Positions 52,733 to 64,000 of a DNA stretch of 64,000 nt are shown piece by piece; the first letter of the stretch is position 1; every line of letters begins with the position of its first letter. The notes under the pieces were generated by a model. It saw nothing but the letters and a program-made list of their open reading frames with translations, did no database searches and was not told the origin of the DNA. Both the position numbers and the translations under genes were made by a program. The DNA comes from Octopus sinensis (Eukaryota): the NCBI RefSeq assembly GCF_006345805.1, contig NC_042998.1, positions 131,068,001-131,132,000 of the forward strand. The letters run 5' to 3'.

Positions 52733-52779
52733 AAAACTGTCCGACGAACGGGAACGTGAAACTAAGCGTAACAGGCTTT
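52733..52779 (+). ncRNA. Type-I hammerhead-like motif, core variant CCGACGA
   Basis: AAACTGT CCGACGA ACG GGAA CGT GAA AC TAAGC GT A ACAG; stem I CTGT/ACAG, 3-bp stem II, GUA triplet, predicted cut after 52770. Confidence 0.5.
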
Positions 52780-52877
52780 GTTGAATTTTCTGCTGCTTTA
52801 AATAAAGTATATAGTATTCTATATAGATATAAAGATATATATAATATTATATATATATATATATATATAATATATAT

Positions 52878-52915
<38 letters not shown>

Positions 52916-52953
52916 ATGTATATATATATATATGCATAGTATATATATGTATA

Positions 52954-52986
<33 letters not shown>

Positions 52987-53021
52987 CTATGCATATATAT
53001 ATTATATATATATATATATAT

Positions 53022-53399
53022 AAATTATAATTTAGGGTTTCTAAGAGATACCACCACGCTTGAAATAACAGCCAAAACTTGACTCTAAAACCACATGAAA
53101 AGTTCATACAGCACCAGGAGAGAAGGCAAGAAGACAAAATAAACTAGCAAAAAATAATTACTTCATAATTCCAGATCCCGGATTTCTGACATTGCATAAG
53201 AAATGCTTTGCCTCATCAGTGGAATACACTCTGATAGCACATAGATACAAATATATATATATATATATAACTTAAGAATACTTTATATACGAACGTATAC
53301 ATACATATATATGCACGTATGCACACGTGGTTTTAGAGTCAGGTTTTGGCTGCTATTTCATGCGTGGTGGTATCTCTTAGATACCCTAAATTATAATTT
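53022..53399. repeat. ~76-bp inverted repeat pair (53022-53097 / 53324-53399) enclosing a hammerhead
   Basis: aaattataatttaggg..ctaagagataccaccacgc.tgaaata.cagccaaaac.ttgactctaaaaccac.tg on both strands. Confidence 0.85.
53168..53225 (-). ncRNA. Type-I hammerhead ribozyme candidate
   Basis: Minus: ATTCCA CTGATGA GGCA AA GCAT TTCTT ATGC AA TGTC A GAA ATCCGGGAT C TGGAAT; perfect 6-bp stem I, near-palindromic stem III, AUC triplet; one extra A before G12. Confidence 0.65.
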
Positions 53400-53492
53400 T
53401 AATAATAATTATTACCTTTCAAGGTTTTTATTTCCATGCGGTCACTTGATAAGTTCGAAATTTAAATAACAATCTTATCCTTATTTATATAA

Positions 53493-53539
<47 letters not shown>

Positions 53540-53647
53540 TATATATATATATATATAAAGGAGCCCTGCGCTGAAACTACAGAGAAAAATTTGTATACAT
53601 ACATACATACATACATACATACATACATACATACATACATACATACG

Positions 53648-53732
<85 letters not shown>

Positions 53733-53829
53733 TATATATACATATATATATATAAATTTTTCTCTGTAGTTTCAGCATAGAGCTGTGGCCATGCTGGAGC
53801 ACCCCCATTTCTGACTTTGCTGATGTGTG

Positions 53830-55430
53830 AAGTCAGAGATATAGGCCTATAGTTTTTGTTATTATTCCCTACTTCAGTTTGCTTAGCAGCCTGCCAGTTG
53901 CGAGAAATCTCTGGAAGAGAATCTGGGAAACCTTTTACGACCAGCAGGTGAGTTTGCCTCCACCTCAGCTATGGCTAGTAGTATATCTTCTTCGCTAATG
54001 TAGATGTAATCCATCGTAACTGCCTCGCTGATTATAGGTGAGTCAGCAAAGAAAACCCACTGGCTCGCTTACTTGTCTGCGTTCCAACGGAGCGGTAAAC
54101 ATACTTTTGAACTGGTCATTCCGTACCTCACTGATCTTGATTGGACTATCTGTGAGGGGGCCATTCTTTTGGAAGAGGGGTCCTATTTTGCAGTGTACTG
54201 AGGCTGTTTCTTTGTCATAATGAAAGGAGGCGTTTGGTTTTACTTAATGTTTTTTTTATAACCAAAGGCTTCTTTGTCTGTTCTCTCCCTCACATAGGAT
54301 TGTTGCAGGCTTTTTCCAATCTCCATCAGAGTTGTTTTTAGGCGGGACTCTTCACTACTTTTGGTTGAAGGGATTTGCAACCTTCGTCCTCGTCTCATGA
54401 GGATCTTCCTCTCCCTTGGAATCTTGTCCCTCTTTGTGTAGGCCATGTGCTCAGGAGCATATTTCTGGCATATAGTTTGTTTAACAGACATGAAATATTC
54501 TAGTTTCATGCCAATGTCTGGTGTGGAGAGATATTTCGGCCAGTCTTGTATGAGGATCACTTTTTGGATCGATTTCCAGTTTGCTTTGTGGAAGTTCAGA
54601 TTGGAAAAATACTGGGTGCTGCCTTTAAGCTGTATTTCTCTGGCTACTTTTGGTCCATACATAGATAGCTCTGTTATGTTGTGATCCGAAACTAATGACG
54701 TCACTTTCACATCATGAACGATGTCCATAAGCTTGTGAAGCAGAAAACCAAAAAGTTATTCGCTCTAGTTGGTCTGAGTACAACTTGCTCCATGAATAGG
54801 GCATTGGTGAGGTTGAGCAGGAACTCCACCTGTGCTTATTTGCAATGAGTCATTCCCGAGAGCACGAGTCCTTCGGGCCATTTGACAGTGGGGAATTAGA
54901 AATCACTCATAAGAAATACGCTCACATTGTGTTCCAGTTTTATGAGAATTTCATTAGTTCTTATGAGGCAGTCTTCAAACTTGCCTATGTGGTTTGGAAC
55001 ATCCGGTGGGCGATATGTATTGCATATGACTATATTGTGTTGTCTTATGGATACAATTTGAGTACGACTGTAAGACCTGGGGTGTGAGGTCATCAGGAAT
55101 GTATACAGCAACTCCACCATGGCTCCTTTCTCTTCTGTCTGTTCGCAGTATGGTATATTTTGGTAAGTATACTTCTGCATCCTCTATATCAGGGCTCAGA
55201 TGAGTTTCCACGAGTGCTATGCAAAGGGCTTAATTACATGCAGCAAGGTCTCTCAGTAAAAAAGTTTTGCCTTTATTATTGTGATGCAACAGGCCCCCAA
55301 CATTTAGTAAAAATATTGGCGTGACGACTGCGCAGGCGTTAGGGGAGAGCATCCCGAGTCTGCTGATTGCGGTGGTCTTGTGCAGTGGTAGGCAAGGTTC
55401 CTTACTTGCGCTTTATATTTGTGCTTGATT
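53830..55430 (-). mobile_element. CR1-like LINE fragment (endonuclease and linker)
   Basis: LVETHLSPDIEDAEV..YTILRTDRRERSHGGVAVY, YRPPD, FLMSDF, SDHNI..LNFHKANWK. Confidence 0.9.
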
Positions 55431-55437
55431 ACAACTT

Positions 55438-55530
55438 TTTCTCTGACGAGTGGATATATTATCTGATAATGATTATCAGTTTTAGATTTCATTTAGAGAG
55501 GTAATACATTCATGAAACGATCGTAAGATA
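55438..55530 (+). ncRNA. Type-I hammerhead ribozyme candidate with long stem II
   Basis: TCT CTGACGA GTGGATATATTATCT...GGGTAATACATTCAT GAA ACGATCGT A AGA; 14 of 15 stem II positions pair, inner hairpin CTGATAAT-G-ATTATCAG, GUA triplet; 10.1-11.1 is G.U; stem I only 3 bp; predicted cut after 55525. Confidence 0.65.
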
Positions 55531-55599
55531 TTTCAAGGTTTTCAAATAATCATACTTTATATATTTTTATATTTATCTATTGGTACACTATTATTTTGG

Positions 55600-56900
55600 A
55601 CGTATATCATCTGTGCCTGAAATTTCATAGCATTGATTTGCATGTTATTTTTTGTTACCCATTTGTATATTTTATTCAGATCTTTCTGCAGTTTTATTAT
55701 GTTTTCTGGGTTCCTAACTGCCTGCGATACTTTTGTGTCGTCAGCATAACTGGTCAGATTTGATGACTGTACCTCTGAGAGGGCCACCACAAATAGTAGT
55801 GAGACTCCACTGAGAACTGGTGTCTCTTCTGAGTAAGCATCATTGGCTACAACTGTCTGACTCCTGTCCGTCAGAAAGTGATGCAGCCACTCTCCCAGTT
55901 TCCCAGTAATACCAATGTATCGCAGCTTGTGACATATCATGTCATGATCAACCTTGTCGAAGGCCTTGGCAAAGTCGAGGTATATCACATCTACAACTGA
56001 CTGGTTTAGCTGTTGTTCCTCTGTCAGGTGTGATCTCATACTATAATTGAGGTGTTTGTTTAAACGATTCAAGATCTTTATTCTCCACCGCATGAATATT
56101 CTACTGTATCGGGAATGATGTTTTTGTGTGTATTGGCTCTCTTCTCTGGGGCATATTTAATGCATATAGCTCGCATTATTGACATTAATATATTGGAGTA
56201 TCTCTTTTTCAAGTGACTTTCAGTCAGCCTTCTAGAAATTTAGGTAGGATAGATATTGAGCGCCACTTGTGCGGGGTTTACCTTTAGTTAATTCTGGGTC
56301 ATACATTGTCACTTCTATCATGTTATGGTCTGAGAATATTGTCGGTGATATATTTACGTAATGGATAATTCCCACCCTCTTTGTAAAACAGAGATACAGG
56401 ATATTTTCGTACCTGGTTGGAGAGAGCATGATCTGCTCTATGAATAGCATTTTCGTAAGATCAAGTAGAGATTCTGCTTGATTTCGCTCTTTTTGCGTTA
56501 TTCCTGGGGTTATGCTGCCCTCAGGCTACCTGATGTTGGGGAAGTTGAAGTCACTCATCAGGAATATATTATTACGTTGATCCAATTGTGTTAGTACTTC
56601 TTTTATCGCACTGAGGCTTTCCTCAAGTTTTCCATCAAGATTTGAGACAGCAGGTGGGCGATATAGTGTGCAAGCCCCTATAACAAGTTGTTTTAGGTGT
56701 ACTATGTGTGTGTCACACACCGAGTTCGAGTTCGGCTTAATGCTCTGACATCATCGCGGATGTACATTGCAACTCCACCGTGACTTCGTTTTCTTCTATC
56801 TGTACGGAAGATAGTATACATTGGTATGTGTATCTCCGCATCATGTATGTCAGCAGATAGGTGTATTTCTGTAAAAAATACACCTGAGAAATACACCTGT
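55600..56900 (-). mobile_element. Second CR1-like LINE copy (EN, internal deletion, RT core)
   Basis: FTEIHLSADIHDAEI..RSHGGVAMY, YRPP, SDFNFPNI; RT VDVIYLDFAKAFDKVDH, SYADDTK, LQKDLNKIYKW..NNMQIN..KFQ. Confidence 0.9.
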
Positions 56901-56924
56901 CTGATGATGATACTACTACTACTA

Positions 56925-57009
56925 CTACTACTACTGCTACTAGTAATAATAATAATATAATAATAATAATAATAATAATTATAATAATAATAATATTAAT
57001 AATAATAAT

Positions 57010-57060
<51 letters not shown>
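56925..57060. repeat. (TAC)n/(AAT)n microsatellite
   Basis: Directly visible. Confidence 0.95.
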
Positions 57061-58480
57061 TTACAGTTTCAATATTGTTAACTGGTCAATTACTGAAATA
57101 TGTCAGCTCGACAGAAAAATAAGGAAACTGTTGACAATGCATAGAATGCACCACCCTAAGGCAGATACAGAACGACTCTATCTGCCAAGAAAAGAGGGAG
57201 GCCGTGGTCTTTTGCAACTGGCAATATCAATGAAGATTGCTACAATTGGCCTAGACACCTACCTGAAAAACTCTGAGGACTGGATGTTAAAACTTGTCTC
57301 AAAACATGTAAACAAGAAAGCATCATACTCAGTAACAAAACAGGCAAAGGAATATCTAAGTGAATTCCGAAAACAACCAATTTCGTAATTAGAGATAGAT
57401 ATACAAGAAACAAGCACAGAAAAAGCTAGGCGCATGAAAACCCGTGCCAAAACTGCGGCCTTAGATATTCTGAATAATAAATGGCAAGAAAAACCTCTCT
57501 ATGGCAAATACCCAAAGAGAGCGAATAATGCAGATATCGACAAATCCCTGACCCATCAATGGCTAATGGCCTCTGGCTTAAAATCTGAAAGAGAGGGGTT
57601 TATCATAGCAGCTCAAGATCAATGCCTACCAACAAGAAACTACCAAGCCAACATATTAAAGAACGGCAGTAGCCCAACATGTCGTGTATGCCGACACCAA
57701 AATGAAACCATTGACTATGTTGTCTCCAAATGCAGTCTTCTAGCGCCTACAGAGTACCTCAGTAGGCATGATAGAGCTGCACAATATATTCACTGGGTAA
57801 TTTGCAAAAACCTGGATTTGCCCCATGAAAAAAACTGGTGGGAACACAATCCACCTCCTGTGCTTGAAAATGACCACATTCCTCTGGAACTTCACCATTC
57901 AAACTGACAGGAAGATAGATGCAAATAGGCCAGACATTATATTGAAAGACTTCAGACAAAGAACATGCCTCCTCATTGTCCCAATCGATATAAACGTATC
58001 TGTCAAGACCTACCAAAAACTGAGCAAGTATAAAGATCTTGAAATAGAAATCAGCAAAATGTGGAACCTGAAGACTAAAACAATACCTGTTGTCATAGGT
58101 GCCCTGGGAATGATAGCGAAAGGGACTGATTGCTACCTAACTCAGATACCAGGAAACCCCAAAATGGCAGAAATTCAAAAGATAGTGCTCACGGGAACTG
58201 CTCATATCCTACGCAAAATACTCTCTATGTAATCCCAAGGTTTAAAACAAACTTTTTTGTTTATTTATTTTAATTTTTATTTTATTTATTTACTTTTTTT
58301 TAAATTTATTTATTTATTTTTTTATTTTTATGTATTAGACATTCATTAGTACAACACCAAAAAAAACCCAAAAAAACCCCAAATATATGGCACAGAACTT
58401 CCAACCTGTTGTCTCTTGAGGTCTCTGGGTGAGACTTGGAGCCAACTTGTACAGACATAAGGCAAAAGTCAAACATAGAA
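57061..58480 (+). mobile_element. Dong/R4-like RLE non-LTR retrotransposon, 5'-truncated, flanked by (AAT)n
   Basis: LLTMHRMHHPKADTERLYLPRKEGGRGL, AAQDQ, CRVC..ETIDYVVSKC (CCHC), NRPDII..K..KYKDL..E, PVVIGALG..ILRKILSM* (58232); (AAT)n on both sides. Confidence 0.9.
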
Positions 58481-58499
58481 TAATAATAATAAAATAATA

Positions 58500-58543
<44 letters not shown>

Positions 58544-58548
58544 TAATA

Positions 58549-58623
<75 letters not shown>

Positions 58624-58624
<1 letters not shown>

Positions 58625-59260
58625 GATGCCCTGATGCAGTACCATGCCCTGATATAGTACCTCAATGCCCTGATGCAGTACCAGGCAGTGGCTTTCAGGA
58701 CTTCTGATCTTAACTGATTGGAAGTGTTATTATGTACATATTTTGTCTTGGTATAAAAGATGGGCTACAGCAAATATTCTGCTCAATACCACAGATTTGC
58801 TAGTCATTTGTTTGACCTTAACCATTTGAGCATGTCCCTTAGTGGCTGACGATATGTGCATCTCTGATCACGAGCAGAAGTAGTCGGGGGTGGTATCATA
58901 GGCATGTGTTGAGAGGGATTCTTTGGGTTTGAATAATTCACCTCTGGAAACATGGGTGTTTCGTTCAACATCCTTAAACAACCCTTATGCAGGGACATTT
59001 TGAACGGGATGGGTTACTCGATCTGAAGAAAATTCTAACTGGGCTCCATCTGCAAGGTCATGTGCTGTTTATCTTGATATGAGATCACCATGTCGCGCAC
59101 ATATGGTTGTGATGCATGTGCCTGGTGTACCCTTATCAGACGGGTAGTCATGATGGGTATACTGGGCTTCGTATATTTTACCCCAGTGTCACTTTGATGG
59201 CATGCTCTGATCACTCACTCAATAATAATAATAATAATAATAATGGTAATAATAATAATG
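58624..59260 (+). mobile_element. ~600-bp non-coding repeat ending in (AAT)n, probable non-autonomous partner of the Dong-like LINE
   Basis: No ORF; begins in and ends with (AAT)n; 5' 18-mer atgccctgatgcagtacc present three times. Confidence 0.55.
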
Positions 59261-59323
59261 ATAAAGATTAGTTTATCGAGAACTTTGTGTTCGCGGTCAT
59301 ATTGAGCGACCAAGGAGGATATA

Positions 59324-59360
<37 letters not shown>

Positions 59361-60132
59361 ATGTGCATGTGTGCGTGTGTCTGTCTGCACGTGCGTTCGT
59401 GTGCGTGTTTGTTTGTGTGCGCGCAAGTACGTATAAATATGTGCAAATTCATACACACATGAAGCCATATACGCGTACACACACATATACATATGCATAA
59501 ACGAGTTAATGCACAGCCACCTACCCATAACACACACACACACACATATACGCGCGAATGCACGCACACACACAGACACACACGCGTGTCGCGCACACAC
59601 ACATACATGGACATACACACGTTTTGCCTTTACTTCCCAGAATTGCAAATGTGTTTTATGCAAAATAGGAAACTTCAAATATAGATTCGGAAAATTTGGT
59701 AAATGTTAGAGGTTAATGGAATTTTTCAACTGGAATGGCATTTCTGTCATATGGACTGAAATTAGAGTTTGAAATCAAACGATAAATAAAAGATAAAACA
59801 TCCTGTGGATATTGCACAGAAAATTATATGTTTTTGAGTTTTTTTTTACATTTGGCATAGTTAAAGTAAAAAGAAGCATCACATAAGTTATCAATATATT
59901 TTTTAGTCCTCTCCCTGCGTTATTCTTTTTCTCATACCTCGATAGTATCTTTACATGATAGTGCATGGACAGCTAAAACAATCAGTGAGAAACCGTAGTA
60001 AATGCTATTGCATTAAACTCGTTTGTCTATAATATGCTATACCAAATCATCCAACTATATATATATTATATATACATACAGATACATACACACATGTATA
60101 TATATACACACAAATATATATACATATATATG

Positions 60133-60184
<52 letters not shown>

Positions 60185-61807
60185 GTTAAGATTTTATCAA
60201 GTAGGCAGCTGTAATAAAAGCCATATAAGTAACAATTAATACAAATATATAATTATATAAATATAATTATAATAAGGGTACTAATGAGTAACACCACATA
60301 CTAGAAATAGACGCCAAATTGCTCTGAAAACTACATTATGTACTCCATTAGCGTGAGTTGAAAGCGAGGAAACTGAGCAAAGATTTATTTTTTAAAAAGG
60401 GCTGACTATAGATCGATTTCTAACTTAGAGATATAAAATCCCTTTGCTGTCATGAGTATAGCATAACACATTCTACATACATGCAAATATTTATACATAT
60501 CCATACGGATAACACATATCCTAAGTCTGACCCTTTGAACATTGACATCTTATAACATTCGGCAATTCCATTCCGGCACATGTAGTTACTTGCCCACCTT
60601 ACATAAGATAATTTTCCATTTTTTTGTGAACAAAAGTTTATGTACCGACATTATTCTGCATAATGCTGAGTACCTATGGTGTTGCATTTTTTTATAGACT
60701 CCATTTCGAATCAGTAAATATCATCTGCCTCCTTAGTGCATTTGGCAGATTCTACCCTGTTGCATGATAATTCGAACTAGATTTCCGACTTTTAGGTAAC
60801 CTTATCCTTCCCTTTCGCTTATGAGGTCAAAACTCGGTGCTTCTTCCGGTAACAAGCCCATAAAATAAACTAAATTTTATAACAATAGTAAAATTTAAAA
60901 TAAAATGAAATTATTGTGCTGCACCGATTCTTTCCATGTTCATTGGGAATATCAAATACACAGTATAGCGCCTATTGAAAAGTGGTGGTTAATGTGGAAG
61001 CCATAGAATATTTCTTATCAAAGATAAAACTGGCGGAACTAAAACACTTACCGTTACGTATTTTATAGTAGAAGATCTCATTAAACATTTTAATTAGACA
61101 TGCACATACTATCACACAGACATACACACGGAGGCACACACACACACACACACGCGCAGATATAAAGAGCAGGTGACAAAGTTAAGTTGAACTTATTGAC
61201 AGTGACAGGAAATGAAGCCATTTGAGAAAGTATTTTCGAAGTTGTCTTGTTGAAAAATTAATACAAACTACAGACATCGCAATTTGCCATCCGATTACCC
61301 TTTGACCAGGCAAAAATATTTCGAATATCATCACGTTGTAAGCAATGGGTGTCGGATCTATGTATACGTAACTAAGTGTGTGTATGTTTGAGGAAGTATA
61401 CAGATGTGTAACTTCAGCAAGCAAAACTTTAAAATACAAAATATCGTAAGAAGATTCAATTCATCTTGCAGCTAATAAAGTGTGAAACTTTTCATGCCTT
61501 GTTCAAAGACATAGGTAAAGCATGTACTGCAAAACTAATATGTGCGCTAGTAAGCTGAGTTAATAATGGATTGAGAGTATCTAATAATAGCATATTCTGT
61601 TATGCTTTCCATAAATAACAGAAAAGAATGAACATGCGACCTTCAATTTTCCCTTACGTGCGCGCGCGCCTGTGTGTTGCTCTTTGTTTAGATAAAGAAA
61701 AAGCACTCAATAGTGACACACAATTAAAATATTCGTGTTATCCTTCAAACGATATATGAATATATAATGGTATCACATTGTGCCCTAGTTATGCTGATTC
61801 TTGTGAA

Positions 61808-62120
61808 GGCGCATGGCTCAGTGGTTAGAGCTTACGATCACAAGGTCGTGATTTCGAATCCCGGACAGGGCTGCGTGTTGTGTTCTTGAGCAAGGCACTT
61901 TATTTCACGTTGCTCCAGTTCACTCAGCTGTAGAAATGAGTTGCGACGTCACAGGTGCCAAGCTGTATCGACCTTTACCTTTCCCTTGGATAACACTGGT
62001 GGCGTGGAGAGGGGAGGCCGGTATGCATTGATGACTGCTGGTCTTCCATATACAACCTTGCCCCGACTTTGCCTTGGAGGGTAACTTCCTAGGCGCAATC
62101 CCATGGTCAGGCATGACCGA
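61808..62120 (+). mobile_element. tRNA-derived SINE, near full length
   Basis: A box TGGCTCAGTGG, B box GATTTCGAATCC; body matches 25418-25707. Confidence 0.9.
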
Positions 62121-63435
62121 AGGATATCTCAGATATGCTGATTCTTAATGATCAAGACGGATCACAGGTTTAGTATGCTCGAGGTTATAAAGGAAGATGA
62201 CTTCTGTAACGTAAAGAAGACTGTCCAATCCAACATTTGACAACCATGTTTTCAAGAAAAGTTACTTATCGTAGTTCATCGGATCCTAAATCTATTAAAT
62301 TGGGTCATTTAGCTCACGGTTATCGGATATTTGTAAATTGTTTAGAAGAAATATCCTTTGTTGACAGTTATATATTATCTAGGGTTGACCATGTAAGAAG
62401 GACTAACGAGATGTCGAGGCTATGTTTATTGTATGTATCTCGTGGTGGAAAAAACTATATTACTTTCTTTTATCTGGTTCTCATCTCGTAAGAATTGAAT
62501 GGGATTAAGCTTCACCAGAGAAATTCCTACGTAAGTCACTCCTAGTTAGTAGATCATTAACATGGAAAGCAGCTCTGTTTACATTTCTCGGTCCGAGGAT
62601 ATATTGAAGTGTTTCCCTCTGATCCCAGCCAGGATATAAGTATTTACAGTGGGTTATTATTGGAACTTTTCTTCATGTATATAGTTGGCTCACCACATGA
62701 ATAATGCTTCCCTAAATTAAAATTTAGCGCTATATCTAAGATGTTAGTCATAATTCAATTACTACTTATAGTTACATCATTGCTACCAGCCTTCTTAAAT
62801 AATCTTTTCTAAATTAAATCATGGTGAGGCACTTCATATTCCATATGATTTTTAAACCGACATCCCTTACAGCTTTCAGCTATGGGTGTCAACGGAATTC
62901 AATATTCCACGATGGTACCATCCAGATCACCAAAGACGTACCTTTCTGATATAAGATTTATAGCATGATAGGGTTTTTTTCTTAGCGTTCATTACTATCC
63001 TACAGTCAAATGTCAAGGTCTTATTCATTTTGAATTATGTTTTGTTGTTCAGGTATTCAAAAAGAGGTATAACGATCCATGAATTTGGATTCTATGAATT
63101 CCCAGGTTATTTTATGTACAATACCATAGAATCACTTGATAACAGCGATGCGAAAAAATATAATTTCGCAAAATTTGGATGCGTTAGTCATGATAGCTTT
63201 TCATAATCGAAAGTTCAGTATCTTTTCATAGAATACAGGAAACTGGCTGTTTTTAATCCGCAACAGTTTAAGCAAATAACATCCTGGCCAATAAGAATTT
63301 GCCCACGAAAAGTAATGCTGGCATACTATTCCCCATTGTTATTCGGAAGGTATGTTGTGAACAATCCTATTTGTAGCTTACAGCTGAACTTTTCGAGGAA
63401 CAATGAAAGGAATCATCGGTATTAAGCTTTATATA

Positions 63436-64000
63436 AGAGGGGGAGTCAAAAATTATCCGCACTTTCGCCATAACATTTTTATTATTGTCACACGGCCGTC
63501 TGCGCATGCATGCATGCAGTTGATATTATTGCGGTCACGTGATCGAAGTTTGAGCCTAATCACGCCATTTTTTTCTAGCTTTACAGTATAAGCATGTAAG
63601 CTCCACTAGCAATATGCACCAAAGAAGAACAAAGAGCAGTGATCGGTAAGATGGTAATGGTGAACCGGTTCACCATTACCATCTCTCGAGCTTGCTCAAT
63701 CTTCTCGTCAGTGGTGTGGTTGACGGGCACCCTGCTCCCTCTTCGTGCGTCACGCTTGTCCGGCCACTTTTAAACTTCTCGATCTACTCATACACACGTC
63801 TATGCGTTAGTGCACTATCCCCGTATTATGCTAAAAGCCTCCAATGAATTTCAGCACGTGACACACCTTTCGACCAGAAAAATCGGATCATTACTCCCTA
63901 TCTTCTTTGGTGCACATTGCTAGTCGAGCGGCCATGCTTACACTGTAAAGCCAGAAAGAAAAATGGCTCGATCAGGCTCAAACATCGATCACGTGACCAC
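63436..64000. mobile_element. Mariner fold-back derivative (two 5' ends), running off the window
   Basis: TA then TIR-like agagggggagtcaaaaattatccgcact; 63527-63647 inverted at 63880-64000; minus strand encodes MCTKEDRE..RFFWSKGVSRAEIH..YGDSAL..FKSGRTSVTHEEGAG; perfect 36-bp palindrome 63649-63684. Confidence 0.85.

Noticed and set aside
58626-58720. HDV-like ribozyme at the head of the AAT-flanked element
   Set aside because: Only a partial P1 (GCCCTGA/TCAGGAC) could be paired; P2, P3 and P1.1 could not be built
61299-61427. Possible minus-strand exon (LLAEVTHLYTSS...PGQR)
   Set aside because: Plausible splice dinucleotides only; peptide unrecognised
15412-62120. tRNA-like heads at 15412, 27392 and 61808 as tRNA genes
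   Set aside because: No complete cloverleaf; each continues into a shared SINE body

Overview
AT-rich animal genomic DNA, packed with (TA)n/(CA)n/(TATG)n/(AAT)n microsatellites and decayed transposons. The SINE families and repeat landscape look like octopus or a close cephalopod (inference from recall, not a database match). Almost all entries in the ORF track are microsatellite or antisense artefacts. One intact long ORF stands out: 49038-51584 (-), 848 aa, uninterrupted, made of about 100 in-phase 8-residue repeats (consensus I-S-K-A-V-T-x-E). I cannot assign it to a known family; it is the best candidate novel gene. Manual folding also shows about 11 type-I hammerhead-ribozyme-like motifs of the minimal, palindromic-stem-III kind known from Penelope-like elements. 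Three have an intact catalytic core, and several occur as convergent pairs around (TA)n tracts. Two unrelated mariner families occur as fold-back elements built from two 5' ends, one with a perfect 36-bp palindrome at the turning point. A stop-depleted ~0.9 kb fossil reading frame of unknown origin lies at 4065-4970. The rest is Chapaev3-like, Tc1/mariner, MITE, RTE, CR1-like, RLE (Dong/R4/NeSL-like) and Helitron-derived remnants. No CRISPR, rRNA or true tRNA gene is supported.
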